A stretch of 57,263 bases of DNA from a virus (lineage: Duplodnaviria > Caudoviricetes). Made by a program: the position numbers and the translations under genes. The stretch covers positions 1-57,263 of IMG/VR virus record IMGVR_UViG_3300034156_000030, one strand, 5' to 3'. The notes beneath the pieces were generated by a model. It was not told where the DNA came from and did no database searches. It saw nothing but the letters and a program-made list of their open reading frames with translations. Every line of letters starts with the position of its first letter. The stretch's first letter is position 1. Below are positions 44,875 to 55,460 of this stretch, in pieces.

Positions 44875-45846
44875 TTAGCTAATTGTCAAGAAATTCTTAA
44901 CAACAGGTGCTAGACTTTGATTGTAAATATCTGACACTCCACCAACAGTAACAATGTAAACCATATCATTTGCAAGATTTACTGTAGGATCAAATGTGAG
45001 AATCTTACCAGTTACATCAAATGTCTTTGAACCAGCAATAATACCACCATCTGCATCAGCAACAATGATGGATTCTTTACTGATTTTGTTATTGAATGTA
45101 AGAACTATATTAGCTGTTACAGCAACATTAGTAGCATCATCAGCAGGAGTAATAGTAGAAAGTGCTAAAGCACTAGGTGCTGCACCTGCAAATAAAGCGG
45201 CAATTTCATCTGGTAATGGAAGTCTTGGGTCTGCAACATCTGTACCATATAGGATATCAAGTAGCGTTGCAAGATCGCCAGCATCTACTTTTGTTGAATC
45301 GATTGTTAATGATGCAGTTGGTTTAAATCCAGCAACGGCTACAGGAATGGTAGATATTCCCCATGAGAATGTTATTGCTGCTGGACTATCGTTAATTGTA
45401 GCATAAGCTTTTTCTGATGGAGCAGCAGTAGCACCATATATGATGTGTATTTTATATCCATAGTCTTCACCCTCAATGTCATTACCAAGTGCTGTTCTAT
45501 AACAAAGACCAAATGCACTTCTCTTTTGCTGACCAATATTAACACCAGCAGCAATAGCAGCAGAACCATCACAAGCACCAAATTCATCAGGATAGGTATA
45601 TGCTTCGACTGTTGCTGCAAATACTTCAACAGAAATTAGATTGAGATATTTAATATCATCAGCGTAGATAGCAGTTGCTTCTGCCCCAGAAGGACTTTCG
45701 GTAACAGTTGTTAAACCATTCCAGGCGATACCAAGTGGATACAATCCAGTTGACGGATTCTGAGGATATAGAACTCCATGACGAATGCCTGTTTCATACA
45801 AACGTTGTCCTGATAAATCCCAAGCAAGTTTACTCATAATTTTCAT
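44875..45846 (-). CDS. Major tail protein (phi13-like) with C-terminal Ig-like domain
   Basis: WNGLT.VTESPSGAE...YADDIKY; C-terminal P.D.ATNV....NI.LTFN (Big_5-like). Confidence 0.88.
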   Translation of the reverse strand: MKIMSKLAWDLSGQRLYETGIRHGVLYPQNPSTGLYPLGIAWNGLTTVTESPSGAEATAIYADDIKYLNLISVEVFAATVEAYTYPDEFGACDGSAAIAAGVNIGQQKRSAFGLCYRTALGNDIEGEDYGYKIHIIYGATAAPSEKAYATINDSPAAITFSWGISTIPVAVAGFKPTASLTIDSTKVDAGDLATLLDILYGTDVADPRLPLPDEIAALFAGAAPSALALSTITPADDATNVAVTANIVLTFNNKISKESIIVADADGGIIAGSKTFDVTGKILTFDPTVNLANDMVYIVTVGGVSDIYNQSLAPVVKNFLTIS

Positions 45847-45862
45847 TCTCCTTTTCGTTTAA

Positions 45863-46195
45863 TTAGAAATACAAGTTATAAATATCATGATTAAGGTTAT
45901 CTTTTGTAAAGTGTCTATCAAATGCACACTTAGACAGTTTTTCAATTTTATCAGGTATTAAACTATCTGGATTTGCATCGATTACTGTAATTTGATACTG
46001 TTTTGTTGACGAGTATGATATATCATCTGCAAAATTAGTTTTAATATCGTTACGCCTGTATACTATACAAGGATAGTCCATCTTTTTACTTTCTGGAGGT
46101 TGAAAATATACGTTCGCACCCCATAACGGATTAATCCCAGTCATAAGATCTCTGAGGATCTGTGATAATGCTAGGCGTTGGCCCATTATAGACAC
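45863..46195 (-). CDS. Tail terminator
   Basis: NVYFQPP...M.YPCIVY, FDRHF..DNLNH. Confidence 0.75.
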   Translation of the reverse strand: MSIMGQRLALSQILRDLMTGINPLWGANVYFQPPESKKMDYPCIVYRRNDIKTNFADDISYSSTKQYQITVIDANPDSLIPDKIEKLSKCAFDRHFTKDNLNHDIYNLYF

Positions 46196-46502
46196 CCCCT
46201 ATAGTTAAGATGAGACGGGGTCTTTGAACTTCTACATTAGTAATTTTCCAAAGTGCACCCATCCATTCAACATATCTCATTGTAAGAAAGTTTTGGATAG
46301 CAAAGGGGTCGGCTACAATACTGATTAAATTATTAATGTTAATATTATCGTTTAAACCTTCCCCTGCCTCCAAACGACGTGTGTTCTTAACAATATCACC
46401 AAAATAATTTCGTTCGGTAATTACATCAGTCCACACATCCGGCGAAGTTTCAGAAGACTCAGCATAACCGATTTTTCCATAAAACTTTGCCATTATTATC
46501 AC
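46131..46502 (-). CDS. Head-tail stopper
   Basis: MAKFYG.IGY, ISIVADPFA, PRLILTIGGVYNG; follows the capsid gene. Confidence 0.7.
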   Translation of the reverse strand: MIIMAKFYGKIGYAESSETSPDVWTDVITERNYFGDIVKNTRRLEAGEGLNDNININNLISIVADPFAIQNFLTMRYVEWMGALWKITNVEVQRPRLILTIGGVYNGPTPSIITDPQRSYDWD

Positions 46503-46524
46503 CTTCCATTTTGACGTTTTAAGA

Positions 46525-48414
46525 TTAAGGTGCTACTGGTAAACTCTCAACTACGATAGCAGATTTAGGTCTAGTTAAAGCACCTGAAATACGAGTTTCA
46601 ATTAGGTATTTCTGTTGATTGTAGTCAATGTCAAAGTTGTCAAACATGCTAACTTGACCACCTTTGTCAGCACCAATTGTGTAATCTTTAAGATTAACAA
46701 CAATACCAAGAATTTTATGTGCAACATCACCAACCATACGAACAGCCTCATTCATTGGCTCAACTTCAATGATTTCACTAACACGAAGAACTGAAGCCAA
46801 CTCTTGTACTGTGGCATATAGTCTATGGCCAGTTGTATCCTTTAGAAGTAACATTTCAGTGAGTAAATCAGTTGAAATATACAAAGATGGTACACCTGAA
46901 CCTTTATAAAATTTTCTTGCTCTGATAAAATCATCAATAATAGCATCAGTGGTCTCATTACCAGGAACAATTACTCTGACAACAAACATATTATCGTTGT
47001 CAAGGGCGATAGGTCTAACATTCTGTTCATTGATTTTGCTTTCATCAGCAGGGCTACGACCATCACCAAGAAGAACTGCTCTAGCTATTTCCTCATCAAG
47101 CATTCCTCTCATTTCAGCTTTTAGCCAAACGACAACATCGAAGTCGGTAATATCAAGAACATCATCCCTATCAAGTTTCTGTTTCTTGTATATTGTAGTA
47201 GGTGTGGTTACACGTTTTGTTAATGTGATAACTTCCTCCAATTTAAGATTTCCAGTAATATAACCCTTGGCCCTTGCTTCGTCAGGTGTTAAATCGGCAA
47301 TACGAGTTCTTATTCTGGAGAATGGTGTGTGATTTGTGTCTGCAAGAACACTGGCTACCCATGCATTCTTACGACTAAGTGTATCCGGTCCACCAGATAA
47401 AACATCTTTTGCATCAGGGAAAAGGATATCAATTGGATTAAATCCATACTCTTCAGCATGAGCGATGAAACTTTCTTTTAATGAACCGCCATATTTAGAA
47501 ACATCTTTTATGATTGCCGCCATTTGGTCATGTGTTAATACATTTTTCTCATCTTCATTTTTTGTTCCTTTATCAAAAACATTATTTTTCATAATCAAAT
47601 CTCCTTTATTATTTATATTTGTGTGCTTAACTGGTCCAGTTTTACCGGCAGTATCTCCAGTATTAGTAGATGCGGTGTTCTCATCTACAGCGGCGCCTAT
47701 CATGTAATAAACGACCTTTTTCTGATCTTCGCTAAGTGTATCAAATACATCTTTAACTGTTGGCTCAGTTTTTTTAGCAGCATGTTGTAGTTGAAGTGCT
47801 GGTTTAACATCAGTTTGTTTTCCAGTTGATGCATGTGCTAACATAGTGTATAAAACTGCTTTTTGGTCTTCATTGAAAGTATTAAATACATCTTCAATTG
47901 AAGGGATGTCACTATGTGCAGCTGTAGCATCATCATTGAAATTTAATCCAGTATAGATAATTGCTTCTGAATCATCAACCGTAGTAGAACCATCTTCATG
48001 TGCAAAAGCAATATTATCAATCAATGCTCCTGGATTGGCTCCGGAAAGAACTAAACTCACTTCTCTAATTGCACCATGAGAAACCTTTTTAGATTGCTCT
48101 TTAAGGTCATTGGCATAGATAGATAATGCTGAAATATCACCATGAGAAACAAGTTCTTTGGCGGTTTTTCCTTTTTCAGAATCATTAAACTTTCCATAAC
48201 AATATACGCCCTCTGCACGATTCTCAAGAACAGCATGACCAAGAATATTATCTGGCTCATTATGCATATGTCTCCATACTAGAGGTACAGTTGCCCCATC
48301 CTGATGTTTAAAAGCATCTTTAATGATTGTTCTACCGTCAGAGCATTTAAGATCATTTTTAGTGGCATATCCACTAAAGTCATACTGAGTTTTAGTTTTA
48401 TCATTCTTTGGCAT
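46525..48414 (-). CDS. Prohead protease-scaffold-major capsid protein fusion (HK97 fold)
   Basis: FSGYA, W.H.H, LSI, EVSLV..GANP.A protease motifs; C-terminal capsid domain ending YLIETRISGAL. Confidence 0.9.
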   Translation of the reverse strand: MPKNDKTKTQYDFSGYATKNDLKCSDGRTIIKDAFKHQDGATVPLVWRHMHNEPDNILGHAVLENRAEGVYCYGKFNDSEKGKTAKELVSHGDISALSIYANDLKEQSKKVSHGAIREVSLVLSGANPGALIDNIAFAHEDGSTTVDDSEAIIYTGLNFNDDATAAHSDIPSIEDVFNTFNEDQKAVLYTMLAHASTGKQTDVKPALQLQHAAKKTEPTVKDVFDTLSEDQKKVVYYMIGAAVDENTASTNTGDTAGKTGPVKHTNINNKGDLIMKNNVFDKGTKNEDEKNVLTHDQMAAIIKDVSKYGGSLKESFIAHAEEYGFNPIDILFPDAKDVLSGGPDTLSRKNAWVASVLADTNHTPFSRIRTRIADLTPDEARAKGYITGNLKLEEVITLTKRVTTPTTIYKKQKLDRDDVLDITDFDVVVWLKAEMRGMLDEEIARAVLLGDGRSPADESKINEQNVRPIALDNDNMFVVRVIVPGNETTDAIIDDFIRARKFYKGSGVPSLYISTDLLTEMLLLKDTTGHRLYATVQELASVLRVSEIIEVEPMNEAVRMVGDVAHKILGIVVNLKDYTIGADKGGQVSMFDNFDIDYNQQKYLIETRISGALTRPKSAIVVESLPVAP

Positions 48415-48454
48415 ATAGTATGCCCTCCTTCTTTTTAATTTTTAACACATTATG

Positions 48455-49678
48455 TTAAGCGTTTGAATTGTCCGCTGCCGAAGCATTAGGGTCATTGATG
48501 TTCTTATTTCTAAGTTCATCTGCTTTAGGATCTGTTGATGGTTTCCATCCAATTATAGATCTGATATCATTGGATGATAAGATTTCATTTCTTGTAAATT
48601 TATCTGCAATATTAGCGATTTCAGTAGCTGGAACGAAACTAAAGATATCTTTGAAATATTCAATAGATTGGTTTTGAGTTCTTGCTGTTTTAGTTAAGAA
48701 TTTTCGTTTGAACTCAGCTATGATCGCTAATAAAATTGGAACGACTGTTCTGTTATAATAATTAAGCATAGTTTTTTCGTCAGCTGTTCCGTTAAAGACC
48801 GCTTCTGTTAAACCTAATTGACTATATAACATAGATGTTAGATATTGAATTTGTGCCATTAGATTATTTTCAGCTGGTCTATTTAGTTGAGTTATTCTTT
48901 CTGTGCCGTCAGTATAGGCAATACCATATTTAGAACCTGAAAGTTGCATCTCAATATCCTTACGACGTTCTTCTGCTTGTAATCTTCTAGCTGGTGTTTT
49001 AATAACATATGGAAGTTGTATAATTAAATCAAGTTTACCAGATCCACTTTGTTCATCAATAGCATCCAGAATAGATAATTTCTTTAGAAGTCGTTTTAAG
49101 GTGCTATTGGGTTCATTCATAACTGAATATAATGGATTTTCTATGATAGCAACCATACTCTTTGGAAGTATGAGTTCTTCTTGTTTACCTGTTGACTCAT
49201 TATAAATTTTAACACGCACGTGCTTAGGATACCACGAAAGTATCCTAGCTGTACGCATTGTCTGAATATCAAAAGCTCCAGATATGGTTGGATTTATAGT
49301 GGTATCAACTGGAACAACAGCAACAACACCTTCATCAAATAGAGACATTACTACATCTTGTATGAATGCTCTATTAGTTTGATCAAGATTTGCTTCTAGT
49401 GTTAAAACATTATTTAAACCAGATGATATGGTTTCAGAATATTTTCCATTATCATCTAATCTAACATGTTGTATATTAGCCGATGCCACATCTAGGGCTA
49501 TTCTATTATAAACAGAAATAATAACAGATCTATCATTGGTTAGGCTCATTCTAACTCGGTCTTGTCTAGTATACGAACCATAACCAATGTCTCTCTGTTC
49601 TGTTGAGGATTGCGTAGGATCTTTATTCATAAAAGCATTCCATGCATGTTTTATTCTAGCTGTTAATGGTCCTGCCAA
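48455..49678 (-). CDS. Portal protein
   Basis: YNRIA.DVA, FIQD.V.SL.DEG, ILSSN.IR; located between TerL and capsid. Confidence 0.88.
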   Translation of the reverse strand: MAGPLTARIKHAWNAFMNKDPTQSSTEQRDIGYGSYTRQDRVRMSLTNDRSVIISVYNRIALDVASANIQHVRLDDNGKYSETISSGLNNVLTLEANLDQTNRAFIQDVVMSLFDEGVVAVVPVDTTINPTISGAFDIQTMRTARILSWYPKHVRVKIYNESTGKQEELILPKSMVAIIENPLYSVMNEPNSTLKRLLKKLSILDAIDEQSGSGKLDLIIQLPYVIKTPARRLQAEERRKDIEMQLSGSKYGIAYTDGTERITQLNRPAENNLMAQIQYLTSMLYSQLGLTEAVFNGTADEKTMLNYYNRTVVPILLAIIAEFKRKFLTKTARTQNQSIEYFKDIFSFVPATEIANIADKFTRNEILSSNDIRSIIGWKPSTDPKADELRNKNINDPNASAADNSNA

Positions 49679-49712
49679 TCAAATAACCCCCTTTACCAGC
49701 TTAGTTTATTTA

Positions 49713-52487
49713 TTATGGTGTAGTTTCTATTTCAAAATAATCTCCGATGTCTAAAGCTATACTGAAATAACCAGTTGTGGCACTATACCATACAAATTCT
49801 ACGCCTTTTCTTTCTTGTGAACCATTTAATATAACTTTGTATCCTTTTCCATTATTAAATGATGTGCCGTCACCACCAAGATTTATCAAAGATGCATCTC
49901 CAGAAATGGAAGCAACACCATTGGCTAAGCCCAAACCAGTTGTAACATCAAATAACTCAGCTGGTATAAATGCTGTAGTTACTTCATACTTACCTATTAA
50001 TGGAAAAGTTGGAGATGTAGAATGCCAAATATTTGTATGATGTACTCCATTAACATCTACAATGAAATCCATAGTTTTTCCACTATCTAATGTGAATATA
50101 TTGGCACCAGCATCGTTCCAATTTTTAATTAAAACTGGTTTAGACGATAAATTTATTATTATGGTTGTTGTGGCTAATAAAAAATCGAAGAATAAACGAT
50201 ATCCATCATTAGGTATGCCCGATAATGTTATTTGCTGTGCATTTAGTTGACTTGGACTTAATTGTGTATAATCTAAATTTGTTATGTCTATATACACATT
50301 TTTATTTGTTAAGTCGGTGTATGCTCCAGAAAAGAAGGTTTCTGGTAATGTTGGTTTATCTGTTAAAGCATTATAACTACTTAAAGTTAATTTTGTAACT
50401 GTGGTATAATTGAAGAATGATGCAACTTCAGCTAGTCCTAATGTTGATGTTCCACCAGAATTATCATTAGTTATTGTTGCAACGCCATCTGTATTATTAG
50501 CAATGGTGTATAATCTTTCAGTATCGCCACTTGCATTTGGTAAAAATACATTAAATGGTGCTGCAGGCATACCAAATAATATTATATCTGTTACATTTAA
50601 TTGATTGGCTGGTACAATAACATCTCCACCAGCACTACAATCCAATTGGAGAGTTTTTAGTCTTCCAACAGATTCAAGTATGGTAGTTCCGTCACTAAAC
50701 AATTCTCTAACTTCTCCAACTTGTATTGGTTTTGAACTACCTCCCAAATCGGTCCTAAACTGGATGTATCCACTGCTATTATTAAATACAGTAAACTTTT
50801 TTACAGTTCCAGCATAGGGTTTTACGTTAGCATGTGTTCCATAAGAACCTGTAAAGATTAAAGTATTAGCTTTACTTTGTTCTTCCGTCATTTGATAATT
50901 ACCACTGGTTATTTCTATAGTAAGTATATCTACCACAGATGATGGTTTACCAGTTAAGTCATTATATGATCCTGAAATTGCCACAGGTGCTAAGTTATCA
51001 TGGTTTGTAACTAGATTAACATTGCCTCCAGCAGAATCTATTACCAAAGTACCGTTAGTATTAGCGGCTAATGTTGGTAATACCTGTGGTAAATAATTCT
51101 TATTTTTAATTGATATGGCATGATTAGTACGATTATACAATAGAATATGAGTTTCTATAGTCAAATCAAATTCTAAATCAACAACATCATCTGGTGTACC
51201 GTTTATATATAATGTATTCATTTTTTGTTCTGTAGGTGTTAATATTATTGCATCGTGTCCGTTAGGTATATATTTAGTCGCCGAGGTATTGGTAAGATCG
51301 CTATAGTTTCCAGAAAACCTAAATCCTACATGACATGAACCACTCAAATCAATGGCTATATCTATAGCCGAATTAGATGCTAAACTAAACAATTCCACAT
51401 TTCCATTTATTCTTATAGAGATTGTTTTTGATGATTCGTTAATTATAACAGCATTTGTCTGAACCGCAGTGTCTAATATTACTTGAAAATCATCTACAGG
51501 TGTGCCAGTTAATACTATTTTAGATGCACCTTGTTGAATTGCATTTAAACTAGTAGAGCTACCAGATGAAATATCTATTTCAATATTAGCATATATTAGA
51601 TCAACTAATCTTCCTGAGAACAATGATGGCTTATTGGTCAAATCATTATAATTACCCGAAAATCCAGCTTCAACAATACCTGTATGATTATCATAGAGTA
51701 CTGTTTTTACACCCCATGAAGGAATTATAACTGCCGGGCCAGATGGAAAATCAACTGACTTTATTGTAGCCACTTCTGGACCTGCATTTATAAATGTTAC
51801 TGGTGCGTAATTACCATTAGTCATTATAACATCAAATGGATTGGTCATTGCATAACCGTCTAGGTATAAACAGTTATATGATTCATCTTCTGCTGTTAGA
51901 TGTGTTACAGTTTGTGGATTCATGAATTTAGTTTTATTAAATCCACCATTCATAGCAATTATTTCTGTATATGTTGGTGTTAAACCAATATTTCCTTGAG
52001 GACCTGTTTCTCCTTGAATACCCTGAGCGCCCTGAGGACCTGTTTCTCCTTGAATACCCTGAATACCTTGGGCTCCAGTTTCTCCTTGAACGCCTTGAAT
52101 ACCCTGAGCGCCTTGAATACCTATTTCTCCTTGAATACCTTGGGGACCTTGAGTACCTGGTTCGCCTGGAATATCACTACTTGCTCCTTGAATACCTTGA
52201 ATACCTTGAATACCTTGAATACCTTGCGCTCCAGTTTCTCCTTGAGGACCTTGAACCCCCTGAGGACCTATTTCTCCTTGAACTCCCTGTATGCCTTGAG
52301 GACCTATTTCTCCTTGAACTCCCTGTATGCCTTGAGGACCTATTTCTCCTTGAGGTCCAACTGTGCCACCACTTTCATTTAATTCTTCTATTGTTGCTTC
52401 TAATTCATCACCAAGTCTAACCGATGCATTTCTTACTCTTGATAAATCATTCATTGCTTTGATTTCTTTCGGTGTTAATTGTTCCAT
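49713..52487 (-). CDS. Collagen-like fibre protein with repeated SGxYxDL modules
   Basis: Long Gly-X-Y run (GPQGIQGE...) followed by beta domains separated by FSGNYNDLTNKP-like linkers. Confidence 0.8.
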   Translation of the reverse strand: MEQLTPKEIKAMNDLSRVRNASVRLGDELEATIEELNESGGTVGPQGEIGPQGIQGVQGEIGPQGIQGVQGEIGPQGVQGPQGETGAQGIQGIQGIQGIQGASSDIPGEPGTQGPQGIQGEIGIQGAQGIQGVQGETGAQGIQGIQGETGPQGAQGIQGETGPQGNIGLTPTYTEIIAMNGGFNKTKFMNPQTVTHLTAEDESYNCLYLDGYAMTNPFDVIMTNGNYAPVTFINAGPEVATIKSVDFPSGPAVIIPSWGVKTVLYDNHTGIVEAGFSGNYNDLTNKPSLFSGRLVDLIYANIEIDISSGSSTSLNAIQQGASKIVLTGTPVDDFQVILDTAVQTNAVIINESSKTISIRINGNVELFSLASNSAIDIAIDLSGSCHVGFRFSGNYSDLTNTSATKYIPNGHDAIILTPTEQKMNTLYINGTPDDVVDLEFDLTIETHILLYNRTNHAISIKNKNYLPQVLPTLAANTNGTLVIDSAGGNVNLVTNHDNLAPVAISGSYNDLTGKPSSVVDILTIEITSGNYQMTEEQSKANTLIFTGSYGTHANVKPYAGTVKKFTVFNNSSGYIQFRTDLGGSSKPIQVGEVRELFSDGTTILESVGRLKTLQLDCSAGGDVIVPANQLNVTDIILFGMPAAPFNVFLPNASGDTERLYTIANNTDGVATITNDNSGGTSTLGLAEVASFFNYTTVTKLTLSSYNALTDKPTLPETFFSGAYTDLTNKNVYIDITNLDYTQLSPSQLNAQQITLSGIPNDGYRLFFDFLLATTTIIINLSSKPVLIKNWNDAGANIFTLDSGKTMDFIVDVNGVHHTNIWHSTSPTFPLIGKYEVTTAFIPAELFDVTTGLGLANGVASISGDASLINLGGDGTSFNNGKGYKVILNGSQERKGVEFVWYSATTGYFSIALDIGDYFEIETTP
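51990..52360. repeat. Collagen-coding tandem repeats (9/27-bp period)
   Basis: ccttgaata and ccttgaggacctatttct repeats on the plus strand. Confidence 0.9.
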
Positions 52488-52516
52488 AATAACATTCCTC
52501 CTATTAATTTAATATT

Positions 52517-53683
52517 TTATTGCATGACAAACCATTGACCAGTACTACCTTTATATAATTTTAGCATTCCATAATTTGTATTTATGACTTTACTAGTTAC
52601 CCCTTCTATTGTATCCGTGCTACTACGTTGTATTGTTATGTTATTAACAGATGCTAATCCCGATTCATCTTTAATAATTATAACTGAACCTTCATTCATA
52701 AATGATGCAGTGGGTAGAAATACTGTCATTGGTACCGCTGTACTTGTCACGGCAATGATATAATCCAAATTAGTTGCATAATAAGGTGATGTATTTACTG
52801 TTATGCGTGGATTTACTATTCTAAGTGAGGATTCATTTCCACGTGGGTCCATAACAACTGTTGTTGCAATGCTTCTTTCAGCTAATGTTGGTAAACAACC
52901 AAAAGAATAATGTATACCAGACCAACCAGTAACAGTAAATGAACTTCTTATTTGAGTATTCATTAACCACACATCTATATATTCTGTACTTAAAGGATTA
53001 TTTACAGTTAAACCATTGGGTAAATAACTGTTAGAAAATATAGTAGAGCATGATGTTAATGGTAAACTAGAACAAGTTACTAGACCATTATATACACTAC
53101 CCATACCATGAACATATCCACCCATAGTATTTAAAGTACTAAATGTTTCACAGAAAAATGTATAAAATCTACTTGATGCTGCATACGCTTTAAATGTTAT
53201 AGCTTTATTGAACTGACAACCTCTGTTATACATTCTAGCATTAGTTGCAGTAACCGCAAACATATCAACATTTAGAATACCATCAATATAAATATTTATA
53301 AATCCAAATCTGTTATCCAAAGAACCTGCAAATGACGAATCTAATGAATATGTTCCTGAAAACACTACTCGAGTAGTATATGCAAAATCACCCATTACCC
53401 AAACATTTGGTTTATGTACAATATTTTGTGTTTCAGTAAAAAATCCAATACCATATTTTATGACATATCTTTTTGTAGGTGTTGCGTCAACTATTGTATT
53501 CATCGCGTGATATAAAGATGCAAATGGTTTACTAATGCTGCCATCACCAGTAGTATCATTACCTAACACATCTATAAATATAACATTTGTCATTGATAAA
53601 GCGTTAGGTTTATCTGATAGATCGTTATAACTACCAGATATAGCGACTGCTTTTAAATCTCGAATTTGTTTAGGACTCATCAT
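52517..53683 (-). CDS. Fibre/spike protein with beta-helix-like body
   Basis: AISGSYNDLSDKP, G.D.TGDGS..KPFAS, C-terminal IIIKDESG.A..NNITI; start MMSPK after GAGGTGA. Confidence 0.65.
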   Translation of the reverse strand: MMSPKQIRDLKAVAISGSYNDLSDKPNALSMTNVIFIDVLGNDTTGDGSISKPFASLYHAMNTIVDATPTKRYVIKYGIGFFTETQNIVHKPNVWVMGDFAYTTRVVFSGTYSLDSSFAGSLDNRFGFINIYIDGILNVDMFAVTATNARMYNRGCQFNKAITFKAYAASSRFYTFFCETFSTLNTMGGYVHGMGSVYNGLVTCSSLPLTSCSTIFSNSYLPNGLTVNNPLSTEYIDVWLMNTQIRSSFTVTGWSGIHYSFGCLPTLAERSIATTVVMDPRGNESSLRIVNPRITVNTSPYYATNLDYIIAVTSTAVPMTVFLPTASFMNEGSVIIIKDESGLASVNNITIQRSSTDTIEGVTSKVINTNYGMLKLYKGSTGQWFVMQ

Positions 53684-53699
53684 ATATATCACCTCATCC

Positions 53700-55445
53700 T
53701 TAATCAAACATTTCTTTATTTGCTTTATACGCAACCCATGAATCTATTAAAGCGGCAACACTATCAATCTTTTGATCATGTCGTTTCTTAAGTAATTTAC
53801 GATTACCGTTTGTATCTTCCATAGTAATAGCATTTCCCATAGCAAATGACATTAAATCTTGATCGAATACAAGCATCCTTTCTTCTGAGAATGTTTTTAG
53901 TTCACCAAGTGGAACTGATTCTGTTTTAGAACCTTGTATAACTTTTTCTATACCATATTCACCGTTCTCTTTACCCCATCTCTCAACAAATTCTTTAGCA
54001 TTATATGGGTCAAACCCAAAACAACGGACATCATATTCTGAATCTTGTATAAATTTATCAAGATCATCATAAACATCCATCATATCCAGGACGGCACATT
54101 CTAATACCATTAAGGAACCTTCTTCAATAAATTGGTCATATTTAATTCGCATAGATGGCGCCAATTTCATTAAAGTTAGAGAAGAAATATAACATCTGGT
54201 TTTAATACCAAAGTGATCTTTGGGTAAAGGAAATAAAAAAGTGAATGCACAGAAATCGTCACCTTGTGATAGGTCACCACCCATAGCACATGGCATATTC
54301 CAGAATGTACGTTGCTTGTGTGGCAATGTTTCTTCGTAAGTGAAGAAATAAGTAAAACCTTCCATAGGAATACCAAATCTTTTGGCAAGGATATCATTAC
54401 GAGTAGCTGGTGCTTTTTCAGCACGTTCTACATCGAGTTGATAAGCTTCATATGAAACAGTTTTTCCTAGATTAGGTTGAGCTTTCGGCCACATTGACGG
54501 GTCAGCAACTTCGCTAATATCATCCAAACGATAATACCAAATTGAAACATGAGGATTCGGATAATCTCCTCTAAGAATACTCATAAGTTCCATTTTTATA
54601 TTATCACCAGAAGCATTACGAACTGTTCCTTCTGAACTAATTGCTATTATAAGATAATCATCTATTTTAGTAGCACCTTGTTCTATTGCGCCTACAACAT
54701 CTTCTCTAACATCTCCGGATAACCATTCGTCTACTGTAGATATTTTTGGTCTTAAACCTTGAAGTTTATCTATAGTCATTGGTTTGATTGCCAATATAGA
54801 ACCAGTTAAGAAATTTTCTATACCTTGTTTAGTTGAAGTAAGTTTTACTCTATTGGCTCTTGAGCCGGTTGTATTTTGTAGTGAGCCTTCTGTCAGAAAT
54901 TTATATAATGGTCCTCTGGATCTTGTTATGGCAGTTCGAATTGGAGACATAACTTCATCAGCTTGCTTCATAGTTGGCGCAGTTGTTATTTGTTGTGTGG
55001 TAGATGTGTCTACATTCAGAAAATAATTTTGTATACAAGATGCATACATAGATTTGGCTCCGCCACGAGCAACAATTAAATATTGTTTATTGATAAGTCT
55101 TTTTTTAATCATTTTTTTTACATACTTACCACCATGGTTATCTTTATTAGGAACATAAATACTTTTTTCGACAAAATAGTACCACCCAAATATTTGCTCT
55201 GACCAGAGTTTAAAAGTATCAAGTAATATCAAATCAGCTCCATCAGTAAGAGTTAACTCGTGTTCACAATATTCGATGAAACCTTCCACTGCATCTTCAT
55301 AATAGAAAATACCACGATTTTTGATTAAATCATCTATTCGATTCATCTCCATCGAGATCTCTTTGCAGACTGGAATATTTCCTTGAAGAACATCTTCGCG
55401 AAACTGAGCATAATACTTAGGGGTCGCTGTATTTGATAGACCCAT
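53700..55445 (-). CDS. terL: Terminase large subunit
   Basis: VARGGAKS Walker A, VDE Walker B, G.DLS..DD, KID.V.A..D nuclease motifs. Confidence 0.93.
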   Translation of the reverse strand: MGLSNTATPKYYAQFREDVLQGNIPVCKEISMEMNRIDDLIKNRGIFYYEDAVEGFIEYCEHELTLTDGADLILLDTFKLWSEQIFGWYYFVEKSIYVPNKDNHGGKYVKKMIKKRLINKQYLIVARGGAKSMYASCIQNYFLNVDTSTTQQITTAPTMKQADEVMSPIRTAITRSRGPLYKFLTEGSLQNTTGSRANRVKLTSTKQGIENFLTGSILAIKPMTIDKLQGLRPKISTVDEWLSGDVREDVVGAIEQGATKIDDYLIIAISSEGTVRNASGDNIKMELMSILRGDYPNPHVSIWYYRLDDISEVADPSMWPKAQPNLGKTVSYEAYQLDVERAEKAPATRNDILAKRFGIPMEGFTYFFTYEETLPHKQRTFWNMPCAMGGDLSQGDDFCAFTFLFPLPKDHFGIKTRCYISSLTLMKLAPSMRIKYDQFIEEGSLMVLECAVLDMMDVYDDLDKFIQDSEYDVRCFGFDPYNAKEFVERWGKENGEYGIEKVIQGSKTESVPLGELKTFSEERMLVFDQDLMSFAMGNAITMEDTNGNRKLLKKRHDQKIDSVAALIDSWVAYKANKEMFD

Positions 55446-55460
55446 ATAATACCTTCTTTC

